Source: a bacterium
Lineage (GTDB): Bacteria; Patescibacteriota; Minisyncoccia; UBA6257
NCBI GenBank assembly: GCA_039793615.1
Contig: JBAMLJ010000028.1
Location: forward strand, 1 to 58,958
DNA length: 58,958 nt
Direction of reading: 5' to 3'
This document shows positions 18,285-29,159 of the stretch, one piece after another. Both the position numbers and the translations under genes were made by a program. The notes below the pieces were generated by a model. That model was not told the origin of the DNA. It saw only the letters and a program-made list of their open reading frames with translations, and ran no database searches. Positions within the stretch are counted from its first letter, which is position 1. Each line of letters starts with the position of its first letter.

Positions 18285-21200
18285 AATGAATTAATCTTTT
18301 TCTAAAACCAGTACCAGCAGGAATTAAACGACCAATTATTACATTTTCTTTTAACCCCCTTAAATAATCAACTCTTCCCTCTAAAGAAGCTTGAACTAAA
18401 ACTCTTGTTGTTTCTTGGAAAGAAGCCGGTGCTAAAACACTAGAAGAAGTTAAGGCAACAGTTTTAATACCTAAAACAATTTCTTCTACTTTTGGTGGTT
18501 TTTTGCCTTGTTTTTCAAATTCTTTACTAATCTTCTGATACAATTCCTTTTCAATGATTTCACCCTGAACAAATTCAGAATCATTGGGTTCTATTACTTT
18601 AACTCGAGAGAACATTTGTCTAATAATAATCTCTAAATGCTTATCATTAATTTTGTCTCCACCAGCATCTTGATAAACTTTTTTGATTTCTGCGAGAATA
18701 TATTTCTGACAAGCTTCTTTTCCTGAAATTCTTAATACTTTCTTTAGATTCAAACTACCCTCGCATAATTGATCTCCTTTTTTAACTTTATCTCCAACTT
18801 TAACCCATAAAGTATTTATATTTGGGATTTTGTACTCAATCACATCATTTGTCGATTTAGTATTTTTCTTTGGCTTTTCCTCCTCATTTTGTTTCTCTTT
18901 TTCAATTTTAATGCGCACAATATTATAATGAGCTTGTTTCTCAATATCGATCACTTCACCATTAACTTCACTAATAGGAGCCTCTCCTTTCGGTATTCGT
19001 GCCTCTACTAATTCTTCGACACGTGGTAAACCACGGGTAATATCCAAAGCCTGAGCCACACCTCCAGTATGGAAAGTTCTTAAAGTTAATTGTGTTCCTG
19101 GTTCACCAATAGATTGTGCCGCCACGATTCCCACTGCTTCCCCTAAATCAATTGGTTTAAGCCAAGCAAGATCAATACCATAACATTTCTGACAAACCCC
19201 GTAAGGAGTTTCGCAGGTTAAAGGAGATCTTACTATTACTTCATCTACTTCATTGGCAATTTTCTTTGATAATTCTAAAGTAATTAATTCGTTACGTCTT
19301 GCAATAATTTCTCCTTTTTTATTCAAAACATCCTGAGCCAAGTAACGACCGTAAATTTTTTCATCAAATTTTTCACCGGCATTTTCTACTTCTTGTTTAG
19401 AAATTTTAATACCACCTTTTGTACCACAATCTTCTTCTCTTACAATTACCTCTTGACTCACATCAATTAATCTTCTTGTTAAATAACCAGCTTTTGAAGT
19501 TTTTAAAGCTGTATCAGCTAAACCTTTCCTACCTCCATGAGAAGCAGCAAAATATTCCAAAACATCAAAACCTTCTTGATGAGAATGAAGAATTGGTAAC
19601 TCAATGATTTTACCACTAGGATTGACAACTAACCCCTTCATTCCCATAATTTGAGAAGCAATATCCCAACCACCACGTGCACCAGAGTTAAAAATAACAG
19701 CAACTGAATCTGTTTGTGATAAAGTATGAGGTACTAATTCACTTACTTTACTAATAGCCAAACGCCATTGTTCTTCTACTAAAATTTTCTTTTCATTTAA
19801 AGTTAATAGACCTTCTTCATATTGGGAGTTAATTTCTGCAACTTTTTTATTCGTTTCTTCAATTATTTGTTTTTTCTCTTGGGGCACTTTTAAATCCGAT
19901 AAACCCCAAGTAATACCTGAAAAAGTGGCATAATAAAAACCTAATTCTTTTATTTTATCCAAAATTTCAGCACAATAATTAAAATCTTTATAACGATAAA
20001 TTAAATCACGAGTGATCCCCTTTAAATTCTTATTAACTAATTCTTTATTAATAAAAGGAAAATCTTCTGGAAGAACCTGATTAAAAATAATTCTTCCTGC
20101 TGTAGTAGTAATTAATGTTCCCGGTTCCTCATTATTAGTGGTAATTTTATTCAAACGAACTTTAATTTTTTCTTGATAACTAATTTTTTGATTTTCAACT
20201 GCTAATAATACTTCATTAATATTACTAAAAACTTTATATTCCTCTTCTTTGCGAGAATCATTTAAATCCATTGTTAACCAATAAATACCTAAAGACATTT
20301 CATGTCGAGGTTGCATTACAGCATCACCATCCACTGGTTTTAATAAACCTAAACTAGCGAGCATTCTGTTTTGTGATTCTCTTTGGGCTTCTTCTGTTAA
20401 TGGTAAATGGACTGCCATCTGATCACCATCAAAATCAGCATTAAAAGGAGGACAAACCAAAGCAGGAATTTGTATTGCTAATCCCTCGATTAATTTAGGC
20501 TGAAAAGCCTCAATACTCAAACGGTGTAAAGTTGGAGCACGATTAAGTAAAACATATTTTCCCTTTACCACGTTTTCCAATATTTCCCAAACAATAGGCG
20601 GGCCTTCTTCGATTAATTTATTAGCAGCACGAGGATTAAAAACAATCTCTCTTTTTATTAATTCACTAATAACAAATGGTTTAAATAATTCCAGAGCCAT
20701 TTTTTTAGGTAAACCGCATTCATAAATATGTAAATCCGGCCCAATTACAATTACGGAACGACCTGAATAATCAACTCTTTTACCAAGTAAATTTTGACGA
20801 AAACGACCTTGTTTTCCCTGAAGAATATCAGATAAAGAACGAAGAGGACGATTCTGAGCTGCTTGCATTGGTGAACTACCAGAAGTTTTTCTAATAGAAT
20901 TATCAATCAAGGCATCAACTGCTTCTTGAAGCATCCTTTTTTCATTTTTAATAATTACTTCTGGGGCCCTTAACTCTAATAATTTCTTTAAGCGATTATT
21001 ACGATTAATAACTCTACGATATAAATCATTTAAATCAGAGGAAGCAAAACGACCCCCATCTAGTTGAACCATTGGTCTTAAATCAGGGGGCAAAACTGGT
21101 AAAACTGTTAAAAACATCCATTCTGGTCGAACTTGTGATTTAATTAAAGATTTAACCAATCTTAAACGAACAAGTAATTTTTTATCAATTTGGGCTCCCT

Positions 21201-21939
21201 CTTTTTTCTTCTTAATCTCTTCCTCTAATTCGTTCTTTAATTTTTCCAAATCTAACTCTTGAAGCATTTTTCTTAAAGGCTCGCTTCCTGTTTCTGCAGT
21301 AAAAATATGGGCATAATCTTTAGCTAATTGTAAATAATCTATTTCCGAAAGAATAGTTTTTACTTTAAGATTTTCGAGCTCTAATTTTGTTTTCTTATAA
21401 GATTCTTCTAATTCATTTCTTTGTTCTTTGGGCCAATTACTTAATTTATTTTTAAATTCTTTCTCTAAATCATCTAAAGCTTTATTTTTTTCCTTTTCAT
21501 CAATTGAAGTAATAATATAACTATTATAATAAATAACTTTCTCTAAAGCTGGTAAAGGAATATCTAAAATTAAACTTAAACGAGATGGAACACTTCTTAA
21601 ATACCAAATATGAGCTACAGGAGCAGCTAAAGTAATGTGCCCCATTCTTTCGCGACGCACTAAAGAACGTGTTACCTCAACTCCACAACGATCACAAATA
21701 ATTCCTTTATAACGAATTCCTTTATATTTACCACAAGCACATTCGTAATCTTTAACTGGACCAAAAATCTGTTCAGAAAACAACCCTTCTTTTTCTGGTT
21801 TTTGAGTACGATAATTAATTGTCTCTGCTCTTGTTACTTCCCCATAAGACCAATCCAAAATTTCTTCGGGGGACGCTAGTTTGATTGATAAAGCATCAAA
21901 ATCGTTAATTTTTATTTCTTTAGTTTCTTTTGGTGCCAT
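18277..21939 (-). CDS. rpoC: DNA-directed RNA polymerase subunit beta'
   Basis: Zn-binding CACGKY...CDRCG, catalytic [12 protein letters not shown], 1220 aa. Confidence 0.97.
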   Translation of the reverse strand: MAPKETKEIKINDFDALSIKLASPEEILDWSYGEVTRAETINYRTQKPEKEGLFSEQIFGPVKDYECACGKYKGIRYKGIICDRCGVEVTRSLVRRERMGHITLAAPVAHIWYLRSVPSRLSLILDIPLPALEKVIYYNSYIITSIDEKEKNKALDDLEKEFKNKLSNWPKEQRNELEESYKKTKLELENLKVKTILSEIDYLQLAKDYAHIFTAETGSEPLRKMLQELDLEKLKNELEEEIKKKKEGAQIDKKLLVRLRLVKSLIKSQVRPEWMFLTVLPVLPPDLRPMVQLDGGRFASSDLNDLYRRVINRNNRLKKLLELRAPEVIIKNEKRMLQEAVDALIDNSIRKTSGSSPMQAAQNRPLRSLSDILQGKQGRFRQNLLGKRVDYSGRSVIVIGPDLHIYECGLPKKMALELFKPFVISELIKREIVFNPRAANKLIEEGPPIVWEILENVVKGKYVLLNRAPTLHRLSIEAFQPKLIEGLAIQIPALVCPPFNADFDGDQMAVHLPLTEEAQRESQNRMLASLGLLKPVDGDAVMQPRHEMSLGIYWLTMDLNDSRKEEEYKVFSNINEVLLAVENQKISYQEKIKVRLNKITTNNEEPGTLITTTAGRIIFNQVLPEDFPFINKELVNKNLKGITRDLIYRYKDFNYCAEILDKIKELGFYYATFSGITWGLSDLKVPQEKKQIIEETNKKVAEINSQYEEGLLTLNEKKILVEEQWRLAISKVSELVPHTLSQTDSVAVIFNSGARGGWDIASQIMGMKGLVVNPSGKIIELPILHSHQEGFDVLEYFAASHGGRKGLADTALKTSKAGYLTRRLIDVSQEVIVREEDCGTKGGIKISKQEVENAGEKFDEKIYGRYLAQDVLNKKGEIIARRNELITLELSKKIANEVDEVIVRSPLTCETPYGVCQKCYGIDLAWLKPIDLGEAVGIVAAQSIGEPGTQLTLRTFHTGGVAQALDITRGLPRVEELVEARIPKGEAPISEVNGEVIDIEKQAHYNIVRIKIEKEKQNEEEKPKKNTKSTNDVIEYKIPNINTLWVKVGDKVKKGDQLCEGSLNLKKVLRISGKEACQKYILAEIKKVYQDAGGDKINDKHLEIIIRQMFSRVKVIEPNDSEFVQGEIIEKELYQKISKEFEKQGKKPPKVEEIVLGIKTVALTSSSVLAPASFQETTRVLVQASLEGRVDYLRGLKENVIIGRLIPAGTGFRKRLIHYE

Positions 21940-21992
21940 AGAGATAAAATAAATTAAAATTATTGTTTATGATTGTTTATGGATATTTTAAA

Positions 21993-24900
21993 TTATTCAA
22001 TTATTTTCTCTTGTTGAATAAAGTTTTCTTTGTTATTTTCCTCATTTTTAATACCTAATAAATTAACCGCCAAACCTAATGCTTGTAATTCTTTAAGAAT
22101 TACATTAAAGGCCGCGGGGATGTTAGGACTTTTTATTTTTTCTCCTCGAATAATAGCTTCATAAGTAGCCGCTCTTCCGATAATATCATCGGATTTTATA
22201 GTAATCATTTCTTGCAAAGTATAAGCGGCACCATAACCCTCTAAAGCCCAAACCTCCATTTCTCCAAATCTCTGGCCACCATGATGAGCTTTTCCTCCTA
22301 ATGGCTGTTGGGTTACTAAAGAATAGGGTCCAATAGAACGCATATGAACCTTATCTTCAACCATATGTTCCAATTTCAAAATATACATTACTCCAACTGA
22401 AACTGGCTGTTTAAACGGTTCTCCTGTTTTTCCGTCATAAACTGTTAATTTTCCATCTTCGGGCAAACCAGCGGCTTTTAATTCATTTTTGATATCCTCC
22501 TCAGAAGCACCATCTAAAGCAGGGGTAATCGCTTGATAATTTAAAACTTTACAGGCCAAACCTAAAGCATTTTCAAAAATTTGCCCCAAGTTCATTCTTT
22601 TACCAACTCCTAAAGGATTTAAAACAATATCAACTGGAGTTCCATCTTCTAAATAAGGCATATCTTCCTCGGGGAGAATAACAGAGATTACTCCTTTATT
22701 ACCATGACGACCAGCTAATTTATCACCTGCCTGTAATTTTCTTAATTCCGCGATCTCAACACTAATTCTTTTGATAATACCAGGATCTAATTTATCATTA
22801 TTTTCTCGGCTTAAAATCTTTGTTCTAATAACTCTTCCCCGACGAGAAGGATCTAGAGTTAAAGATGTATCTTTTACATCTTTTATCTCTTCGCCAAAAA
22901 TTGCTTGAAGCAATCTTTCCTCTGGGGTTAATTCTACTTTTCCTTTGGGAGTAATTTTACCAACTAAAATATCACCGGGTTTTACTTCAGCTCCAATTCT
23001 TACTATTCCATCTTCATCTAAATCTTTTAATTTTTCTTCTGAAACATTAGGGATATCCCTAGTTGTCATTTCCGGTCCCAATTTTGTATCTAATACATCA
23101 CAAGTAAATTCTTCTAAATAAACAGAGGTGAAATAATCATTTTTTAAAACCCTTTCTGAAACAACAATTGCATCCTCGTAATTAAAACCATAAAAAGGAA
23201 TAAAAGCAACTACTAAATTTTGCCCCAATGCTAATTGACCATTATCACTAATAGAACCATCGGCTAATAAATCATATTTTTTAACTCTTTGTCCCTTCTT
23301 TACTACTGGTCTTTGATGGAGACAACTATTTTTATTACTTCTTTCAAAAACAATTAATTGGTATTCTTTTAATTTATTTTCATCTGTTTTAATAATAATT
23401 TTAGAACTATCAACAAAAACAACTTCTCCATCAACATCACTTAATAAACAATGGCCTGATTCAAGAGCAATTTTCTTTTCCATTCCCGTAGCTACTAACG
23501 GAGCCTGTGGCCTAACACAAGCTACTGCCTGTCTTTGCATATTAGCACCCATTAAAGCACGATTAGATTCATCGTGTTCTAAGAACGGGATCAAACTCAC
23601 AGCTGCCGAAATTGTCTGTTGACACGAAATATCCATTAAATCAACCTCTTCGCGAGAGACCATAGTTGGCTCACCATTTACCCTTGCCCCCACAAATTTG
23701 TCTTTAATACGATAATTTTCATCTAGATCGATTCCTCCATGAGCTATTTTATGTTTTAGTTCTTCAAAAGCATCTAACCAAACAATTTCTTTGCTAACTT
23801 GACCATTTTTAACCTTAACATAAGGCGTTTCAATAAAACCAAATTCATTTAATTGAGCATATAAAGCCAAAGATAGTACTAAACCAATATTTTGACCTTC
23901 TGGAGTTTGGATGGGACATAAACGGCCATAATGACTTGGGTGAACATCACGTACTTCTAAGCCAGCCCTTTCTCTAACCAAACCGCCTGGACCGGTAGTA
24001 GTAACTTTCCTTTTGTGTTCCAATTCAGAAAGCATATTCATCTGCTCCATAAATTGACACAAAGGAGAAGTATTAAAAAACTCTCTTAAACTGTTTATTA
24101 ATTGTCGAGGATTAATTAATTGCGCCGGGGTTAAAGTTGAAGGATCTAAAGTAGCCATGCGATCCTGAATAGTTCTTCTCATTCTCATTACTCCAACGCG
24201 AAAACGCTCTGTTAAAAGCTCTCCTACAGCTCGAATTCTTCTATTCCCTAAATGGTCAATATCATCATCTTCGCTATTAGGATCTAAATTTAATCTAATA
24301 ATTTCTTTTATTGTCTCAATTAAATCATCTTTGGTTAAAAATCTTTGTGTAATAGGAATATTTAAATTTAATCTTTGATTTATTTTATGACGGCCAACTT
24401 TACCTAAATCGTAACGATCTCGACGAAAAAACATATTGTCGATTAAATCTTTACTGTTATCGTAAGTAGCCAATTCTCCTGGTCTTAAACGACGGTAGAC
24501 CTCAATATACCCCTCTTCTTGATTAGTTGATTCGTCATGTTTTAAAGTGGCATCAATATATTCCATTAAAGAGGGATCTTTAAAACCATCAAAATATTCC
24601 CTAATTTGTTCGTTATTTTCAAAACCAAAAATTTTGAGTAAAGCAGTGACCGCAATTTTTCTTTTTTTATCTATTTTAACCCAAATAGTTTTTTCCGGAT
24701 CAGTTTCGAATTCCAACCAAGAACCGTGGGTTGGTAATAATTTAGCACCAAATAATTTAATTCCTCTAAAATTTACTGATTGAAAATAAACTCCAGGAGA
24801 ACGATTGATTTGCGAAATAACAACTTTTTCGACACCATTAATAATAAAAGTGCCACGGGGTGTCATCAAAGGTATTTCTCCAAAATATACTTCTGCTTCT

Positions 24901-25205
24901 TTTTCGGTGTTTAATTTTTTATCTTTTAATCTTAATCTAACTTTTAAAGATGCTTCATAATTTAGTTCTTTTAGCTTTGCTTCTTTTTCAGTAAGTTTTG
25001 GTTCACTCAAATAATAATCTAAAAATTCTAATTCTAATTCTTTATTAGTATAATCCCTAATTGGAGACAATTCTTCAAAAACATCCCTAATGCCGGTTTT
25101 TAAAAACCAATTATATGATTGAATTTGAAAATCGGTTAAGGGGGGTGGTTCTAAAAAATCCCATTGATGATGAGCAAAATTTTTAACCGTTAATTTTTTA
25201 GACAT
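21993..25205 (-). CDS. rpoB: DNA-directed RNA polymerase subunit beta
   Basis: Conserved beta-subunit blocks (GRHGNKGVIS, EDMPY, GGQRFGEMEVWALE), 1070 aa. Confidence 0.97.
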   Translation of the reverse strand: MSKKLTVKNFAHHQWDFLEPPPLTDFQIQSYNWFLKTGIRDVFEELSPIRDYTNKELELEFLDYYLSEPKLTEKEAKLKELNYEASLKVRLRLKDKKLNTEKEAEVYFGEIPLMTPRGTFIINGVEKVVISQINRSPGVYFQSVNFRGIKLFGAKLLPTHGSWLEFETDPEKTIWVKIDKKRKIAVTALLKIFGFENNEQIREYFDGFKDPSLMEYIDATLKHDESTNQEEGYIEVYRRLRPGELATYDNSKDLIDNMFFRRDRYDLGKVGRHKINQRLNLNIPITQRFLTKDDLIETIKEIIRLNLDPNSEDDDIDHLGNRRIRAVGELLTERFRVGVMRMRRTIQDRMATLDPSTLTPAQLINPRQLINSLREFFNTSPLCQFMEQMNMLSELEHKRKVTTTGPGGLVRERAGLEVRDVHPSHYGRLCPIQTPEGQNIGLVLSLALYAQLNEFGFIETPYVKVKNGQVSKEIVWLDAFEELKHKIAHGGIDLDENYRIKDKFVGARVNGEPTMVSREEVDLMDISCQQTISAAVSLIPFLEHDESNRALMGANMQRQAVACVRPQAPLVATGMEKKIALESGHCLLSDVDGEVVFVDSSKIIIKTDENKLKEYQLIVFERSNKNSCLHQRPVVKKGQRVKKYDLLADGSISDNGQLALGQNLVVAFIPFYGFNYEDAIVVSERVLKNDYFTSVYLEEFTCDVLDTKLGPEMTTRDIPNVSEEKLKDLDEDGIVRIGAEVKPGDILVGKITPKGKVELTPEERLLQAIFGEEIKDVKDTSLTLDPSRRGRVIRTKILSRENNDKLDPGIIKRISVEIAELRKLQAGDKLAGRHGNKGVISVILPEEDMPYLEDGTPVDIVLNPLGVGKRMNLGQIFENALGLACKVLNYQAITPALDGASEEDIKNELKAAGLPEDGKLTVYDGKTGEPFKQPVSVGVMYILKLEHMVEDKVHMRSIGPYSLVTQQPLGGKAHHGGQRFGEMEVWALEGYGAAYTLQEMITIKSDDIIGRAATYEAIIRGEKIKSPNIPAAFNVILKELQALGLAVNLLGIKNEENNKENFIQQEKIIE

Positions 25206-25347
25206 TTTAGAAATAATTAAAATTTTTATTAGCTATTTCAATTAGTTAAAAGCACAAATACAAAAATAAAAAAAAATTAATAAAAAATGCTAAACAATGG
25301 GAAACTTAGATAAAATAGAAAAAATTTTACCAAACATAAATACGCAT

Positions 25348-25373
25348 AAAAAACCCCTTCGCCTCTTAGGGTT
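25348..25373 (-). terminator. Weak candidate intrinsic terminator
   Basis: Minus strand has a short GC stem (ACCC(U)...(A)GGGU) followed by U6. It lies downstream of the 75-aa ORF. Confidence 0.3.
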
Positions 25374-25401
25374 ACCCTTTCTTATTCAAATTGAATATTA
25401 T

Positions 25402-25629
25402 TTAATAACACTCTTTAGCAATATTTAAAGCTTTAAGAATAGCTTGTGCTATTCTGATTGAAGTAACACTTTTTTCTTGAGATGTATCTAAAGAAAAATC
25501 TTTAACTTGAGATATTTTCATTTTATTCTTTTTTAAAAATTTGTCAAGAGAAACAAGCAAATCTTCGCCATTATCACAAATCACTTTGCATTTCTTTTTA
25601 TCTTTAGTAGTAAAATTTAAAATTAACAT
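25402..25629 (-). CDS. Small hypothetical protein, weakly resembling the N-terminal part of TsaB/YeaZ
   Basis: 75 aa. The pattern LVSLDKFLKK...ISQVKDFSL......SVTSIRIAQAILKAL parallels the TsaB region L.....L......L.DI.....GPGSFTG.RIG...A..L, but the GPGS motif is missing. Confidence 0.3.
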   Translation of the reverse strand: MLILNFTTKDKKKCKVICDNGEDLLVSLDKFLKKNKMKISQVKDFSLDTSQEKSVTSIRIAQAILKALNIAKECY

Positions 25630-25676
25630 AATAATAAATTTTAAATCAATTTTAAATTTTCTATTTTAAATTTTAT

Positions 25677-25745
25677 AATTTTTAAAATTTAATTATTTAG
25701 ACTCCATTTAAAATTTAAAATTTAGCCTTTAAAATTTAAATGAAT
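25677..25745. repeat. 69-bp intergenic repeat, copy B (pairs with 1247-1315)
   Basis: 68 of 69 positions are identical to copy A. Both copies sit between an AGTATTN array and the downstream minus-strand gene. Confidence 0.85.
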
Positions 25746-25746
25746 G

Positions 25747-25772
25747 CACTCAATACTTAATACTGAATATTC
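25747..25772 (-). repeat. AGTATTN heptamer array
   Basis: Minus strand reads GAATATTC AGTATTA AGTATTG AGTG. Confidence 0.65.
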
Positions 25773-25832
25773 AACATCTTTTCTTGTTATTTGTTATTTG
25801 GCCTGTTTGTATGGGTAGGAATTAGCAATCAA

Positions 25833-26537
25833 CTATTTTACTTTTAAATGTTTTTCTCGCCATTCTTGAATCTTTTTATGGTTACCTGATAAAAGTATTC
25901 TGGGTACTCGCCAAGCTATTTTTTTATTTTTTTTATCGGGATAAAATATTTCTGGCCTTGTATACTGAGGATATTCATAATATAAATTTTTAATTTTAAA
26001 TTTTAAATTTTTAAACAAGAGGGGCGAAAAGGATTCTTCTTTTAAAGAATCGGCTCGAATAACACCGGGGATTAAGCGAGTAATAGCATCAATTACTACC
26101 ATAGCTGGTAATTCGCCACCAGTTAAGATATAATCACCAATTGAAATTTCTTCATCAACTATTTTTTTTACCCTCTCATCGACTCCTTCATAGCGAGGGC
26201 AGATAAAAATAATTTCTTCATATTTCTTTAACCTTTCGATATCTTTTTGAGTAATTTTTTTCCCACTAACAGAAAAAAGAATAATGCGCCGTTTTATTTT
26301 TTTATTTTTTGTTAATGATTTTAAAGCTTTAAAAATTGGCTCAATCATAAAAATCATTCCTGCTCCTCCGCCATAGGGATGATCATCTACAGTTTGATGA
26401 CGATCGGTAGTCCATTTTCTTAGATTAAAAATTTTAATTTTGATTAACTTTTTAGAAAGAGCGCGTTTAATAATAGAAATATTAAAATAACTCAAAAAAG
26501 CTTCGGGAAAAATTGTTAAAATCTTAAAAGTAATCAT
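25833..26537 (-). CDS. trmD: tRNA (guanine37-N1)-methyltransferase
   Basis: MITFKILTIFPEAF is the canonical TrmD N-terminus, with GGGAGMI and LTGGELPAMV. The start is moved to the ATG at 26537, because the upstream 18 codons of the tracked ORF cover a terminator-like hairpin. Confidence 0.88.
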   Translation of the reverse strand: MITFKILTIFPEAFLSYFNISIIKRALSKKLIKIKIFNLRKWTTDRHQTVDDHPYGGGAGMIFMIEPIFKALKSLTKNKKIKRRIILFSVSGKKITQKDIERLKKYEEIIFICPRYEGVDERVKKIVDEEISIGDYILTGGELPAMVVIDAITRLIPGVIRADSLKEESFSPLLFKNLKFKIKNLYYEYPQYTRPEIFYPDKKNKKIAWRVPRILLSGNHKKIQEWREKHLKVK

Positions 26538-26540
26538 AAA

Positions 26541-26578
26541 AAAATAAAACCGCAGTAATTTTATCATACCGCGGTTTT
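26541..26578 (-). terminator. Intrinsic terminator-like hairpin between the KH-protein gene and trmD
   Basis: Minus strand reads ACCGCGGUA-UGAUAAAAU-UACUGCGGU followed by UUUUAUUUUUUU. Confidence 0.55.
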
Positions 26579-26602
26579 TAGTTTTTTTCAATAATATAAG
26601 GA

Positions 26603-26920
26603 TTAAAGATTTAATCCTTCGGTTAACTGATCAGCTACTTGATCAGCAGAGCGAGTATTATGAGAACCTTGAGGCTCTTCGATTTTTAAATTGATACGAG
26701 CACGATTTTTGGCTCCCACTACTCTTAAGATAGTTCTCAATGCTTTTGCCATCACCCCTTGTCGGCCAATAATTTGAGCCATATCTTGAGGGTCTACCTT
26801 CAAAGAGAGAAGAACCCCCATTTCATCAATTTTTCTTTCGATTTGAACAGCTTCGGGATGATTGACAATACTTTTAACAATAGTTTCGAGAACTAATTGA
26901 TCAACTGGTTTTTCTGTCAT
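26603..26920 (-). CDS. KH-domain RNA-binding protein (YlqC/UPF0109-like)
   Basis: IIGRQGVMAKALRTIL contains the GxxG KH motif, and the gene sits next to trmD as in rpsP-operon contexts. The first ATG is at 26920 and a TTG at 26929 is possible. Confidence 0.8.
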   Translation of the reverse strand: MTEKPVDQLVLETIVKSIVNHPEAVQIERKIDEMGVLLSLKVDPQDMAQIIGRQGVMAKALRTILRVVGAKNRARINLKIEEPQGSHNTRSADQVADQLTEGLNL

Positions 26921-26954
26921 AGTAATCAATTAAGATTAACGTGCAAAACATTCG

Positions 26955-26980
26955 AGTAGCTGTCGACCCGTTCAGCTACT
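26955..26980 (-). terminator. Hairpin downstream of the smc-like gene (weak terminator or 5' UTR structure)
   Basis: An 8-bp stem agtagctg/cagctact with a 10-nt loop. The U-tract on the minus strand is only modest. Confidence 0.3.
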
Positions 26981-27011
26981 AAAGCTAATTAATTATAACT
27001 CAAATCCAAAT

Positions 27012-29156
27012 TTATTTCAATATTGCTTCTGATCCCTCTAATTTAATTGATAACAATTGTGAAGAGTTATCTTTTAAAGTGACACCATAAAGAATTTGAG
27101 CTGCAGCCATAATCATTCGATTATGGGTAATCGCAATAAATTGAGTATCGTGACATAATTCTTTTAAAATTTGAGCAAATCTTCGTGAATTATCTTCATC
27201 TAAAGCAACATCAATTTCATCAACAATTACTAATGGCGGTCGCGATTGATTAATAATGGCAAAAAGTAAGGCAATTGCCACCAAAGTTTTTTCACCCCCT
27301 GATAAAATTTCTAAACTTTTAAGATTTGTTTTGGGAATATCTATTTTAATTTCTACTCCCCAATAAACATCATTTAAATTTTGACTTTCTTCCTTTACTT
27401 CTGCTTTATTTTCTCCTTCTTCTAAAACAGTTTTATTCTTTTTGATTTGTTCTAATTTAGCAGAACCACCATTAAACATCAAACGAAAATAACGATTAAA
27501 ATCATAATTAATATTAGAAATTGCCTCATTGAAGCTATTTTCTATTTCTTTAGTTAGTGTTTTAATTAAAAGTTTTAAATCATTAATACTTTTTTCCAAA
27601 TCTTCGATTTGATGAGATAAAAATTCATAACGGGTATTTACTTCTTCGTATTCTTTAATAACATTTTCATCCCGAACTCCCATTTCTGCTAATTCTCTTG
27701 TTAATCTAAAAATATGCCTTTCTAATTCATTAAGTTCATTCGGGGCCAAAACTTGAGTTTTATTTTTTTGATAATACTCATTAATTTCATCAAATTGGTA
27801 ACCAGCTTCGTTAATACGTCGTTTTAAATCATTTAACTTTAAATTATATCTTTCTTTTTCTAATTCCTGTTTTTGTATTAATTTTAAAATTTCTTCCTTT
27901 TGATTTCTTAACTGAGTAATTTTATCGTATTCCTCACGAAAATTAATATTACTTTGATTTAAAACTGTTTCATTTTGTTCTAATAAATTATTTTTTTCTT
28001 TTAGCTGTTCCTGCAAAGAATTTATTTTTTTCTTTAATTCTTCGATTTCATTATTATTTATTTCTTCCTTTTTCGGAATTAAAAGTTGATTAATATCTTT
28101 TAATAATTCTTCTATTTTTTTATGAATTTCAGAAATTTCGTTTATCTTTAAAAGATTGGTTAAAACATTTTTTATTTTTATAATTGCATTTTTAAAATCA
28201 ATTAACGAGTAATCAACTTCTGCTTTTGTTTCCTTGCGACCTAATTCTCGTAATAATTCTGATTTTTCGTCTTGTAAATTAATTATTTCTTGAGTAATAT
28301 TTTTAATTTTCAATTCTAAATCCTTACTTTTATTTTCTTTAACAGTGATTAAATTATTTTCTCTTTCCTTAATTAAAGAATCTAATTTTGATAATTTATT
28401 CCGCAAATTAATAAAATCTTGAGGTTGATATTTCTCTTCACTTAATAATTGATCTAACAAAGAAATAAAATATATTTTTTCTTTTTCTTTTAATTCATTC
28501 TCTAAAGTTTCTCGTTTTTCCCAACGATCTACTTGCCTTTTTAAAAAACGTAAACGAGGTAAAATTTCTTTTTCTAAGGCAATCGTTTTATCAAGGTTAA
28601 TATTTGCCTCCTCTAATTTTCTTTTTGCTTCTTCTTTTTTTAACTCTAAATTTTTCAAACCTAAAACTTCTTCTAGCATTAATCTTCTTTCTTGTGGTGG
28701 AGCCAATAAAACATTTTCAACTGATCCTTGATTAATAATAGAAAATCCTTTTAAGCCTATTTTAGCGCTTGCAGTTAAATCGATTATATCTTTTAAACGT
28801 GCTGCTTTGTGATTAATAAAATATTCATTATTGCCTTCTTTATCAATTCTTCTCAAAATACTAATTTCGGTAAAATCACTATTAAAAAGTTTTTTTTGAT
28901 TATCAAAAATTAACTCAACTTCGCAAAAAGAAGCTCCTCCCTCATTACTATTTCCTGCATAAATCAAATCTTGACCCTTATCAATCCTAATATTTTTAAA
29001 ACTCTGCTCTCCTAAAGCCCATCTGATTGCATCCACAATATTAGATTTACCCGAACCATTGGGACCAACAATTCCAGTAATTACAGCCGGAAAATCAATT
29101 ATATTTTTTCCTTTAAACGATTTAAAATTTTTCAGAATTACTTGTTTTAAAAACAT
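27012..29156 (-). CDS. smc: SMC-like chromosome partition ATPase, short form without a recognisable hinge
   Basis: The N-terminal head ITGIVGPNGSGKSNIVDAIRWALGEQS and the C-terminal head LSGGEKTLVAIALLFAI...VDEIDVALD are present. The middle is continuous coiled-coil. It is 714 aa against about 1150-1200 aa for canonical SMC. Confidence 0.8.
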   Translation of the reverse strand: MFLKQVILKNFKSFKGKNIIDFPAVITGIVGPNGSGKSNIVDAIRWALGEQSFKNIRIDKGQDLIYAGNSNEGGASFCEVELIFDNQKKLFNSDFTEISILRRIDKEGNNEYFINHKAARLKDIIDLTASAKIGLKGFSIINQGSVENVLLAPPQERRLMLEEVLGLKNLELKKEEAKRKLEEANINLDKTIALEKEILPRLRFLKRQVDRWEKRETLENELKEKEKIYFISLLDQLLSEEKYQPQDFINLRNKLSKLDSLIKERENNLITVKENKSKDLELKIKNITQEIINLQDEKSELLRELGRKETKAEVDYSLIDFKNAIIKIKNVLTNLLKINEISEIHKKIEELLKDINQLLIPKKEEINNNEIEELKKKINSLQEQLKEKNNLLEQNETVLNQSNINFREEYDKITQLRNQKEEILKLIQKQELEKERYNLKLNDLKRRINEAGYQFDEINEYYQKNKTQVLAPNELNELERHIFRLTRELAEMGVRDENVIKEYEEVNTRYEFLSHQIEDLEKSINDLKLLIKTLTKEIENSFNEAISNINYDFNRYFRLMFNGGSAKLEQIKKNKTVLEEGENKAEVKEESQNLNDVYWGVEIKIDIPKTNLKSLEILSGGEKTLVAIALLFAIINQSRPPLVIVDEIDVALDEDNSRRFAQILKELCHDTQFIAITHNRMIMAAAQILYGVTLKDNSSQLLSIKLEGSEAILK

Positions 29157-29159
29157 AAA

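Noticed and set aside
21940-21992. Direct repeat attgtttatg x2 in the rpoB-rpoC spacer
   Set aside because: A 10-nt AT-rich repeat in a 53-nt spacer is too short to separate from chance.
19419-24783. Plus-strand ORFs 19419-19607 and 24547-24783 inside rpoC and rpoB
   Set aside because: They are shadow ORFs antisense to the RNA polymerase genes.
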